From the NCBI GenBank assembly GCA_025929405.1, contig JAICMD010000001.1, forward strand, positions 1 to 49,828: a stretch of 49,828 nt of DNA, in the 5' to 3' direction. Every line of letters begins with the position of its first letter. Position 1 is the first letter of the stretch. Shown piece after piece: positions 27,900 through 36,347 of the stretch. Position numbers and translations under genes: made by a program. This DNA is from Mucilaginibacter sp. (lineage in GTDB: Bacteria; Bacteroidota; Bacteroidia; Sphingobacteriales; Sphingobacteriaceae). Under the pieces are notes generated by a model that saw only the letters and a list, made by a program, of their open reading frames with translations, had not been told where the DNA came from and searched no databases.

Positions 27900-30800
27900 T
27901 TAAAGGGTGAATTGGAGGCCGGCCGTAAACGTCTGTAAAGGCGGCAACAATGCTGATTGGTTTTCCGGATCAGCTCCAAGATACTTTGTGAAAGTCAGCA
28001 GGTTTTGGCCTTGCAGATATAATCGAAAGCTTGAAAAATGTGCTTTTTTTACCCAGTTTGCCTTAATTTGATAAGAGATAGCCACGTTTTTTAAGCGTAC
28101 ATAGGATGCGTCAGAGATGATACCATCAGAACTTTTTAAATAGTTGTTGATAGCATTGTATGCAGGCCCTGAGGTTTCAGTAAACTTTTCGACACTCGAC
28201 TGATTACCGGGATTTTGCCATCGATTGAGTACGATATCCGGTTGGTTGAAAAATGCCGTTCCGGGTACAATCAAGTTATTAAGATAGTTTTTACCATCCT
28301 GCTTCCGAAATTCTAAGAATAGGCTCAGCTCCCAATTTTTGAACCGCAAATTGTTCTGGATACCACCATAAAATTGAGGATCGGTACTTTTATGAATTAT
28401 ACGATCAGTTGCGTTATAGATGCCGTTATTGTCAATGTCTAAGAATTGGTATACACCACTTGACGGATCAACTCCGGTATAATGATAAAGCGGTGTTGCT
28501 GATAGTGGTTGTCCTATCGTGTAAATATTAGCGTATGTACTGTTAGCTAATCCTGGGAAGCTGATTAATTTGTTTTTTGGAACAGTGAGGTTTACTGTGG
28601 TTGACCAGTTAAAATCCGTGGTATGAAAATTTGTACTGGTTACCTGAAACTGCCAACCTGAGTTTAGTATTTCGGCATCAAGGTTCTCAAGAACGGATGT
28701 AAAACCGGTTTGCGAGGGCAGGGTATAGTTTACTAATTGGCTATTGGAATGATTCCGATAATATTCAACTGTAAACAACAATCTGTCTTTCCAAAAGCCC
28801 AAATCCAGTCCGACGGTTAACTTTTCATTTTTTTCCCACGAAAAGTTAGGATTAAAAAGGGATGTGGGATTTAAAACGCTTACACTCTGGTAAGTGGTTG
28901 TGCCAGGCGACCAGGTATCCAGATATCGGTAATCACCGATTTGATCATTGCCGGTAATACCATAGCTGGCCCTGAGTTTTCCAAAGCTTAAGCCAGTAAG
29001 GTTTTCGGCAAGAAAAGGATGTTCACCGAATAGCCAGGCGGCTCCGACCGCTCCAAAATTGCTAAACCGCCTATCCGGCCCAAATCGGCTCGATCCATCT
29101 CTGCGTCCACTAATATTAAGTACATATTGATCTGCATACACGTAATTAATACGACCGTATATCCCCTGATATTTATACTCGCCATCGGTGTTCAAAGTTT
29201 GTGATGAACCAGCTGCAGCGATTGATTTTAATAGGAGATCGCTGTTATAGTTACTTGCTGTGACGTTGATGCCGCTACTTGTTTTATCTTGCCAGGTACC
29301 TCCTAACAATACTTCAATCCTACTGCCATTGAAACGCTTATTGTAATTCAATTGGGGTTCAATTATCCAACTTTTTTGTACGGCATTACCGAAATAGCTG
29401 AATGGTAATTGGCCAAGATTTGGATCAAGCGAAGTACTGGGAAATGTTGCTACTTCATCGCTGTTAACCATATTGTAACCTAAATTGACTTTGAAAATCA
29501 GATCATTAGAAAATTTATAAGTCGACTGAAGGCTACTATTTAGGTTTTGGAAGTTGCCTTCATACGTCTGATATTTGAAAGCGAGTGGATTTGCATTTAA
29601 AATGCCGGAATTGATATATGGAACGCCGCCATCACCCCAGGCCAGTTTACCGGTTTGATCATAAAGCTTTAGGTTTGGCGCTGTGTTTATATAACTGGAA
29701 AGATCGGTTCCGGGTAAATCATTCTTATCTGCCAGGTAGCTGGCAGACAGGTTTATCGAAAATTTCTTATTCGCAGAATTGTGATTGATGTTAAAGTGAA
29801 ACGAGCCCTTTTGATCAGCGTTATCAGTTGGATAAACTGTAGTTTCACGGTGGTAACCTCCGCCAATAAAAAATTGAGTTGTTTGATCTCCGCCCGAAAC
29901 AGACAATTGAGCGTCCGTCGTATGAGCGGTGTTACCGGTCAATAATTTTTTGAAATTTGTATAACGCGTTGTATCCCACAGGGTCAGGTCTGGCGCATTT
30001 GTAGCATCCGGAGTCAGGCCATCATTTTTTAAAGCTTCCTTGCGCATCTCAACGTATTGCTGAGTGTTAAGGAAATTCATTATTCGTGTGACATGGCTTA
30101 CTCCTGTATATATATTGCCGGAAACTATGGTTCTGCCTTGTTTCCCTTTTTTGGTCGTAATCAATATTACTCCATTTGCGCCGCGCGATCCGTAAATCGC
30201 AGTTGCATCAGCGTCTTTTAATATTTCGATACTTTCAATGTCATTGGGATTGATAAGGCTGAAAGGGCTAATACCATTTGCGGGGGTTGAACTAAAACCA
30301 GCAGCCGAAGGCACTTGACTGATTGAAGAATTGCCAGGAGCAAACGGCACTCCGTCGATTACAAAAAATGGCTCTGACCCCTGTAAAAGGGAAGCCTGCC
30401 CATTCAGTTGCACCTTATATGATGACCCGCTTACGCCACTATTTTGCGTGATCAGTAAACCCGGCACTCTTCCTTCAAGGGCTCCTAAAGGATTTGAAAT
30501 GGGCTGCTTTTCAATATCGGCAGATTTGACTGAAGAAACACTGCCTGTTAATAGTCGTTTTGTAGTTTGTCCGTACGCAATTATTTGTATCTCGTTTAAT
30601 GGACTTGAAATGACTTCTAAGATTATAACCAGTGGTTCTTGTTTGGAGTGCTGCACAGCTATTTCCCTGGTTTGATAGCCAATGAAACTGATAATAAGCA
30701 AGTCTTCTTCGCTCAATGATTTTAGTTGAAAAAAGCCTTCCGTGTTAGAATTCGTTGCAATGTTTTTTCCTTTAACCCTTATAGTAGCACCAACTATTGG

Positions 30801-31238
30801 AAGTCCCTTGCCATCTTTAACGAAACCTGTAATATCGAAGACTTGCTTTTGTACCAGATTAGCTTGCTTTAATTCGTCTTGTTTTTCAGTGACGATAATT
30901 ATTTTTTCTTGTATCGTGTAAGTTAAAGGTTGATCTGCAAAAATTTTATTTAACACATTGAGAAGCCGTTCATCTTTTACATCAAGTGTTACAGGTTTAG
31001 AAATGCTAAGAATTTTGCTTGATGCCAAAAAGTCTAACCCGGTTTGCTTGCCAATATCCAGGAAAACCTTTTTAAGGGGAGCCTTCTTTTCTTTGAGAGT
31101 AACATTCTGCGCCATTGTTGAAGCGCGAACTTGAAGTATGGTGAAGATGGTAATAATGACTATTGTTTTGATAATACGCCAGCCTTGATTAGCGCGCAGG
31201 GGAACACGCGCCTTACTTTTTAAGTAAAACTTATACAT
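27900..31238 (-). CDS. SusC/RagA family TonB-dependent transporter with N-terminal STN signalling domain
   Basis: STN-like N-extension, IESIEILKDADATAIYGSRGANGVILITTKKG, RRDGSSRFG, C-terminal GLQFTL. Confidence 0.96.
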   Translation of the reverse strand: MYKFYLKSKARVPLRANQGWRIIKTIVIITIFTILQVRASTMAQNVTLKEKKAPLKKVFLDIGKQTGLDFLASSKILSISKPVTLDVKDERLLNVLNKIFADQPLTYTIQEKIIIVTEKQDELKQANLVQKQVFDITGFVKDGKGLPIVGATIRVKGKNIATNSNTEGFFQLKSLSEEDLLIISFIGYQTREIAVQHSKQEPLVIILEVISSPLNEIQIIAYGQTTKRLLTGSVSSVKSADIEKQPISNPLGALEGRVPGLLITQNSGVSGSSYKVQLNGQASLLQGSEPFFVIDGVPFAPGNSSISQVPSAAGFSSTPANGISPFSLINPNDIESIEILKDADATAIYGSRGANGVILITTKKGKQGRTIVSGNIYTGVSHVTRIMNFLNTQQYVEMRKEALKNDGLTPDATNAPDLTLWDTTRYTNFKKLLTGNTAHTTDAQLSVSGGDQTTQFFIGGGYHRETTVYPTDNADQKGSFHFNINHNSANKKFSINLSASYLADKNDLPGTDLSSYINTAPNLKLYDQTGKLAWGDGGVPYINSGILNANPLAFKYQTYEGNFQNLNSSLQSTYKFSNDLIFKVNLGYNMVNSDEVATFPSTSLDPNLGQLPFSYFGNAVQKSWIIEPQLNYNKRFNGSRIEVLLGGTWQDKTSSGINVTASNYNSDLLLKSIAAAGSSQTLNTDGEYKYQGIYGRINYVYADQYVLNISGRRDGSSRFGPDRRFSNFGAVGAAWLFGEHPFLAENLTGLSFGKLRASYGITGNDQIGDYRYLDTWSPGTTTYQSVSVLNPTSLFNPNFSWEKNEKLTVGLDLGFWKDRLLFTVEYYRNHSNSQLVNYTLPSQTGFTSVLENLDAEILNSGWQFQVTSTNFHTTDFNWSTTVNLTVPKNKLISFPGLANSTYANIYTIGQPLSATPLYHYTGVDPSSGVYQFLDIDNNGIYNATDRIIHKSTDPQFYGGIQNNLRFKNWELSLFLEFRKQDGKNYLNNLIVPGTAFFNQPDIVLNRWQNPGNQSSVEKFTETSGPAYNAINNYLKSSDGIISDASYVRLKNVAISYQIKANWVKKAHFSSFRLYLQGQNLLTFTKYLGADPENQSALLPPLQTFTAGLQFTL

Positions 31239-31335
31239 TTGTAGTACATGGGTTTAAGTGGCTGCATTCATTTTCCAGATGGGGCAGCCATGTTGATTAA
31301 TAGTTTTATGATTATTGATCGCCTATATAAGTCAT

Positions 31336-31359
31336 GGGTACCGGTGACAGCCGGTACCC
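31336..31359 (-). promoter_or_regulatory. GC-rich hairpin in the fecR-susC intergenic leader
   Basis: gggtaccgg-tgacag-ccggtaccc perfect 9-bp stem. Confidence 0.5.
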
Positions 31360-31388
31360 TGGCTTTAATTAACTATACTGATCCTTTC

Positions 31389-32501
31389 TTACTTCATGAC
31401 AGTGATCCTCCTTCCCTCCAGTTTGAAATGGACAGTTTTGGTCGCCTCCAGTGCCTTGATCACTTGGCTGATATTTTTATTGCGGGAAACATACCCGTCA
31501 AGACTTTCATTTTTAATGCTATCCTGATATTCTACCTTTACGTCGTACCAGCGGTTCAACTTGCGCATGATACTGTTAATTGGTTCGTTATCAAATTGGA
31601 AATAGCCATTTTTCCACGCCATCACTTCATCGATATCTACTGAAGTAATCTGTATCTGATGGCCATTGTTAATAGATTGCTGTCCAGGTTTGAGAATGGA
31701 TGGCCGGGTGTTACCGGTTACGCTGACTTTAACGCTTCCTTCCAGCAGGGTGGTTTTTACCGAAGGTTCGTCGCTATAACTGTTAATATTAAAATGGGTG
31801 CCTAATACTTGCACCTGTTGATTACCTGAGATAACAATAAAAGGGTGCGCGGCATCTTTAGCGACTTCAAAATAGGCTTCACCTTCCAGCGTCACGATCC
31901 GTTTTTGTTGATTGTTAAAGGTGTTGGGAAAATGAAGGGCGGATGCGGAATTTAGCCAGACGTTGGTTCCATCCGGCAGTTTTAATTCCCACTGTCCGCC
32001 CTTGGGGGTGGCAAGCGTATTGATTTGGTTAGGGATATTATCAATGCCGTTGAAATCGAAGTGTGTGATGCCATTAGCCGTTTTAGTGATCAGTAAACCT
32101 CGTGCAGCTGCTAATTTGCCGTTGGCAGCATCGGTTAAGTTGATTCGCTGATGATTGGCCAGGGTAAGTGTGGCTTTATTTTTACCAGGCGGAAGGTCAT
32201 TGGCGAGTGGTTGTTGTGGCCCACTTTGTCGACGGTCCATTAACAGAAAAATTGCGCTGATGACAATCCCGATCAGGACCGCGGCGGCAGCTAAGCGCAG
32301 GCCAATTTGGGAAAAGGTATTTTCATTGCCTGGCAGCTTTAAAAAGATGAGGTTTTTCGTCGCTTTAAGGTTATGCTGATTGATTACCTCGTTTTGTTCG
32401 TTGTGCTGCAAATACCAAGTCTCCAGTAGCGCTTTTTCTTCATCAGTGCATGTTCCATCATGGTACTTTCTAAACAACTCCTTAAGTTCTTCTTTTTTCA
32501 T
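31389..32501 (-). CDS. FecR family anti-sigma factor
   Basis: KYHDGTCTDEEKALLETWY, TM, LPDGTNVWLNSAS, LEGEAYFEV, VLGTHFNI, AWKNGYF. Confidence 0.95.
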   Translation of the reverse strand: MKKEELKELFRKYHDGTCTDEEKALLETWYLQHNEQNEVINQHNLKATKNLIFLKLPGNENTFSQIGLRLAAAAVLIGIVISAIFLLMDRRQSGPQQPLANDLPPGKNKATLTLANHQRINLTDAANGKLAAARGLLITKTANGITHFDFNGIDNIPNQINTLATPKGGQWELKLPDGTNVWLNSASALHFPNTFNNQQKRIVTLEGEAYFEVAKDAAHPFIVISGNQQVQVLGTHFNINSYSDEPSVKTTLLEGSVKVSVTGNTRPSILKPGQQSINNGHQIQITSVDIDEVMAWKNGYFQFDNEPINSIMRKLNRWYDVKVEYQDSIKNESLDGYVSRNKNISQVIKALEATKTVHFKLEGRRITVMK

Positions 32502-32685
32502 AGCTAAAACCTGTATGACTAATAATAGCTAAGTCGGTAGAACCGATAAAAAAGGAACGTCTACTGCTAAAAATTTAATTTTATATGATTAAATATACGT
32601 AACATATTGATTTTCTAATATTTATATTCTTTTGATGCTGCATCTCTGAATATTACTATTTAACTTTTACCTATCACTGAACACC

Positions 32686-33900
32686 TTACATTTTCATGCC
32701 AGCCATATTATCACTCCCATTTTTAAAGGTAGCTTCACTATTTAATAAGTAGGCCCCATTGGTAACGACAATATCACCCCGGTTTAAACCGGTAATAACA
32801 GGCGCATATGAGGAGTTACCCGACCCTACAGTGATCATCTTGGCTGAAAAACTTCCGTCTGCATTTTTAACCCATACCTTGCTGCCCCTGCCGTCCGTGA
32901 TGACCGCCGATGCAGCGACGGCTAAGAAGCGGCTGCCGCTACCGCCAATAGAAATATATGCCAGCATGCCGGGGCGGACCAGCCCCTGCGGGTTAGGGAT
33001 GCTAACCCTTATTAGATCCACTTTAGAGGCATCCGACAATTCAGGATTAATAAATTCTACCTTTCCGTTAATTATCTGCCCGTTCAAATCAGGCAATACA
33101 ACGCTCACCCGGTCATTTTCTTTGTATTTCCCCGCATCACTGGCATATAACTGCCCTTCCACCCACAAGTTATTTAACGCCTGCGTTTTCAGGATGGTCA
33201 TGCCCTCCGTTACATAATCACCCTCATGAACTGAAATTTCACTGACCGTTCCACTGACTTTACTTAATACGGTTGTCGTGGCCGACACCCTTCCTGAGGC
33301 TGCTAAATTCCTAATCTGTGCGGTTGATAAACCCCATAATTGCAGCTTGTTTTCAGCGGCGCTGATCAATTGCCCGTAATCCACATCCGGGTTATGCAAT
33401 ACTTTTTGTTGCTGTTTCGCCAGCAAGTATTCCTTTTCTGTTTCTTGCAGATCTTCGCTGTAAATCGAATAAACGGGTTGCCCGGTAGCTATTTTTTCAC
33501 CCACTGTTCTTATAAATAATTGCTGTATGCGGCCTGCTATTCTTGCACTTAACTCAGCGGCTGTATTTTCGTTGGTAGTTACGGTACCGGTCAGCGTTTT
33601 CTCCAGCCCGGTATTTTCTTCGCGTACAGTATCCGTTTGAATACCGGCCAGCTGTAACTGCGCCGCGGTTAGCATGATCTTAGCTGAAGTCATACTATTG
33701 CTACCCGTCAGTTCTACTTTGATCAGTTTCATACCGCAGATGGGACAATTACCGGGATGTTCCTCATGCACCTGCGGGTGCATGGAGCAGGTATAATAAG
33801 CCTTGCTTTGTTCTTTTACTATTGACTGTTGTGATAGCCTTTGCTTACAGGCGGCAAATACCAGTGTAAACAGCAATAGCCCTATGATGATCTTATTCAT
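32686..33900 (-). CDS. CusB-like RND periplasmic adaptor with heavy-metal-binding domain
   Basis: Lipobox FAAC, YTCSMHPQV..PGNCPICGM, IYSEDL, VVTNGAYLLNSE. Confidence 0.9.
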   Translation of the reverse strand: MNKIIIGLLLFTLVFAACKQRLSQQSIVKEQSKAYYTCSMHPQVHEEHPGNCPICGMKLIKVELTGSNSMTSAKIMLTAAQLQLAGIQTDTVREENTGLEKTLTGTVTTNENTAAELSARIAGRIQQLFIRTVGEKIATGQPVYSIYSEDLQETEKEYLLAKQQQKVLHNPDVDYGQLISAAENKLQLWGLSTAQIRNLAASGRVSATTTVLSKVSGTVSEISVHEGDYVTEGMTILKTQALNNLWVEGQLYASDAGKYKENDRVSVVLPDLNGQIINGKVEFINPELSDASKVDLIRVSIPNPQGLVRPGMLAYISIGGSGSRFLAVAASAVITDGRGSKVWVKNADGSFSAKMITVGSGNSSYAPVITGLNRGDIVVTNGAYLLNSEATFKNGSDNMAGMKM

Positions 33901-35137
33901 TTCCTTTGGTTTTAATAAAACTTTCGCTGTCCATTAAATATTGCGCATTGGAGGCCAGGCTATCGGTAGCGGCTAAACCTTTCATGATTTGGATTTGAGC
34001 GCCGTTTATCAGACCTGTACCCACCTGGTGTGCCTGATAGGCCGCGCCCTTTTTCAGCCAAATAATCTTTGTTTGGCCCAAATCAATCAAAGCTGATTTC
34101 GGTATCCATAAACCTTTTATTTGCCCGGCCTGTATTTCGGCTTTTACCACACTGCCAACTTTCAGTTCATGATCCATATTGTGCAGGTAAATCCGGATGC
34201 TGGTTGTTTTATCGCCATTCTGTAAAACAGGTTCTATGAAATCAACTTTTCCATTGATCGTTTTACCAGGCATATCCGGCAGGGTGATGGTGACCGGCTG
34301 CTTTAATTTTAAGTCTGCAACTGCAGATTGGTCGATTTTAATAATGGCCCATAACATGTGAGGGTTAACCACGTTAAACAGGGTTTGCCCTTTTTCGACA
34401 TACATGCCCTCTTTGATCGCTAAGGGCAGATTATTAGCAAAATCCGCCGCCATTTTTTGATCAGTTCCACCCATTTGGCTATGCGGCATATCATGCACAT
34501 GGCCCTCATAGGGACTGTAAACAGGCAGGGTGTAAAACGGCTTCCCGGTTTTAATGACCTGGCTTACCTGCGCATCCGTAATTCCCAGTAACAATAGCTT
34601 CTGTTTGGCGGCATTAAGCAAACCCGTTTCCTGCGGAGAATTTTTGCTGACGAAAATCAGATCCTGCTGGGCGGTAACCAGTTCCGGGCTGTAAATGTCA
34701 AAAATGCGTTGGCCTGCATGAATTTCTTGGAAAGCATATTTGATGTAGAGTTTTTCAATGCGACCCGAAAAACGGGAGGCGATATTATTAAAGGTCCGCG
34801 TGTCAAAATCCAGGTAGCCATCTGCAGAAATATGAGTTTGGATTTCTTTTTGTTCGGGTACGATAGCTTTAATCGTTGAAACGACCGAAGCATTGACCGG
34901 TTGTAAAACGGTATTCAAACTGACACCCGCACCCTCACTGGGCTGGCCTGATTTTTTAACCAGCGTCATGCCGCATATCGGGCAGCTACCCGGATGGTCT
35001 TCCAGTATCTGCGGGTGCATCGGGCAGGTATATTTGATCTCGCTTTTTGCCTGAACTACAACGGGCGTAGGTTTTGGATTAGAACAGGCGCTGAGTATCG
35101 CTACAAAAGCCACCAGGATCATTTTAATAGCTTTCAT
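33893..35137 (-). CDS. Second CusB-like RND periplasmic adaptor with heavy-metal-binding domain
   Basis: Lipobox LSAC, YTCPMHPQI..PGSCPICGM, IYSPELVTAQ, NAQYLMDSES. Confidence 0.9.
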   Translation of the reverse strand: MKAIKMILVAFVAILSACSNPKPTPVVVQAKSEIKYTCPMHPQILEDHPGSCPICGMTLVKKSGQPSEGAGVSLNTVLQPVNASVVSTIKAIVPEQKEIQTHISADGYLDFDTRTFNNIASRFSGRIEKLYIKYAFQEIHAGQRIFDIYSPELVTAQQDLIFVSKNSPQETGLLNAAKQKLLLLGITDAQVSQVIKTGKPFYTLPVYSPYEGHVHDMPHSQMGGTDQKMAADFANNLPLAIKEGMYVEKGQTLFNVVNPHMLWAIIKIDQSAVADLKLKQPVTITLPDMPGKTINGKVDFIEPVLQNGDKTTSIRIYLHNMDHELKVGSVVKAEIQAGQIKGLWIPKSALIDLGQTKIIWLKKGAAYQAHQVGTGLINGAQIQIMKGLAATDSLASNAQYLMDSESFIKTKGNE

Positions 35138-36347
35138 ATTCCCTTTCATAAGCGACCTGTAAAGTCAATAATTCCTGTAAACGGTCTAAAGCTTCCATAC
35201 GAGCCGTTTGCAAATCCTTGATGCCGTTTAATACAGAAGGCAGATCGCCGGTATTCTGGTCGTAGGCCAGTAAAGCCGTTTTATAACCATTTTGCAAGGC
35301 AGGTATGATGTTCTGCTCATAGTTTTTCAACTGTCTTTTCTTACTGCTCATATCCGTCCGCAATTCAGCCAATTGGCCCTGCGCCTGGTTCAAAATATCC
35401 AACTTTTTCTGCTGTAATTCGGCTACTTCAAAGCGGATACCTTTCAGGTTGGCCTTGTATTCTTTGGAGGCCCAGGGCACAATAGGAATGGTTACGGAAC
35501 CCATTAAAACATATTGATTGGCCATACCGCCATAACTTTGCATATGCGCTGCCTGAACGCCAAAATCCGGTTTGCGTTTGGCGTACTCCATTTGCGCACT
35601 GAGTTGTTGCAGATCAATATTCCGGTTGATCCCCCTGATGTCGCTCCGGGCACTGGAAAGCGTTGCCGTGTCAATTAAAGCTGTTTCATATTCTTTTAAC
35701 ACATAATTGGTATCCACCGAAAAAGCAGCCTGCTTATCTCTATTCATTAGGGTATTGAGCATAATATTTTTTTGGCTGACCTCGTTATTGAGTTGCTCAC
35801 GGGTATTATCCAGTTCAAATAGTTCCGCTTTGGCTTTGTAAATATTGGGCAGCTTTTCCTTGCCATAGGTCAGCCGGATATTGGCATCCTTGAGCATATA
35901 TTCCAGTAAGTCTTGCGTATGCTTTAACAGCGCCAATTTCTTTTCCAATATCACCCGTTCATAATAGTATTGCTTAGCCTGGGCGATCAATTGATTTTTA
36001 AGGTAGCTTTTATCGGCCGCTGTTACTTTAGACAAACCTTTCATATAGTCTTCCTTTGCCTTTAGCTTAGTCGGGTTAGTAAACATTTGCTCGGCCTGTA
36101 TCATAAAAGCGCCGCCGTTCGGATTCAACTGATAAGGGACCTGGTACTGACCCGCACTCAGTTTGGGGGCATCTAAACTTCTTGCGCCCGTCGCGTAAGC
36201 GTCCTGCGCCTGTACTTTGGCATTATAAGCCTGCAATGCCGGGTTTGCTTTAACACGGGCTAAAACGCTATCTAAAGGCAAGCGCTGTGCTTGGGCAAAA
36301 CCAGCCACGCATAGCAGCGCTATTAATATCATCTGTTGTTTTTTCAT
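35124..36347 (-). CDS. TolC family outer-membrane efflux protein (CusC-like)
   Basis: True start ATG 36347 (MKKQQMILIALLC.. signal peptide) overlapping the upstream TGA; helical OEP repeats. Confidence 0.85.
   Translation of the reverse strand: MKKQQMILIALLCVAGFAQAQRLPLDSVLARVKANPALQAYNAKVQAQDAYATGARSLDAPKLSAGQYQVPYQLNPNGGAFMIQAEQMFTNPTKLKAKEDYMKGLSKVTAADKSYLKNQLIAQAKQYYYERVILEKKLALLKHTQDLLEYMLKDANIRLTYGKEKLPNIYKAKAELFELDNTREQLNNEVSQKNIMLNTLMNRDKQAAFSVDTNYVLKEYETALIDTATLSSARSDIRGINRNIDLQQLSAQMEYAKRKPDFGVQAAHMQSYGGMANQYVLMGSVTIPIVPWASKEYKANLKGIRFEVAELQQKKLDILNQAQGQLAELRTDMSSKKRQLKNYEQNIIPALQNGYKTALLAYDQNTGDLPSVLNGIKDLQTARMEALDRLQELLTLQVAYEREYESY

Noticed and set aside
31248-31643. 131-aa plus-strand ORF
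   Set aside because: Mostly antisense to fecR; shadow ORF.
25187-32501. Classical polysaccharide utilisation locus
   Set aside because: No CAZyme, sulfatase or SusE/F-like gene accompanies the SusCD pair.
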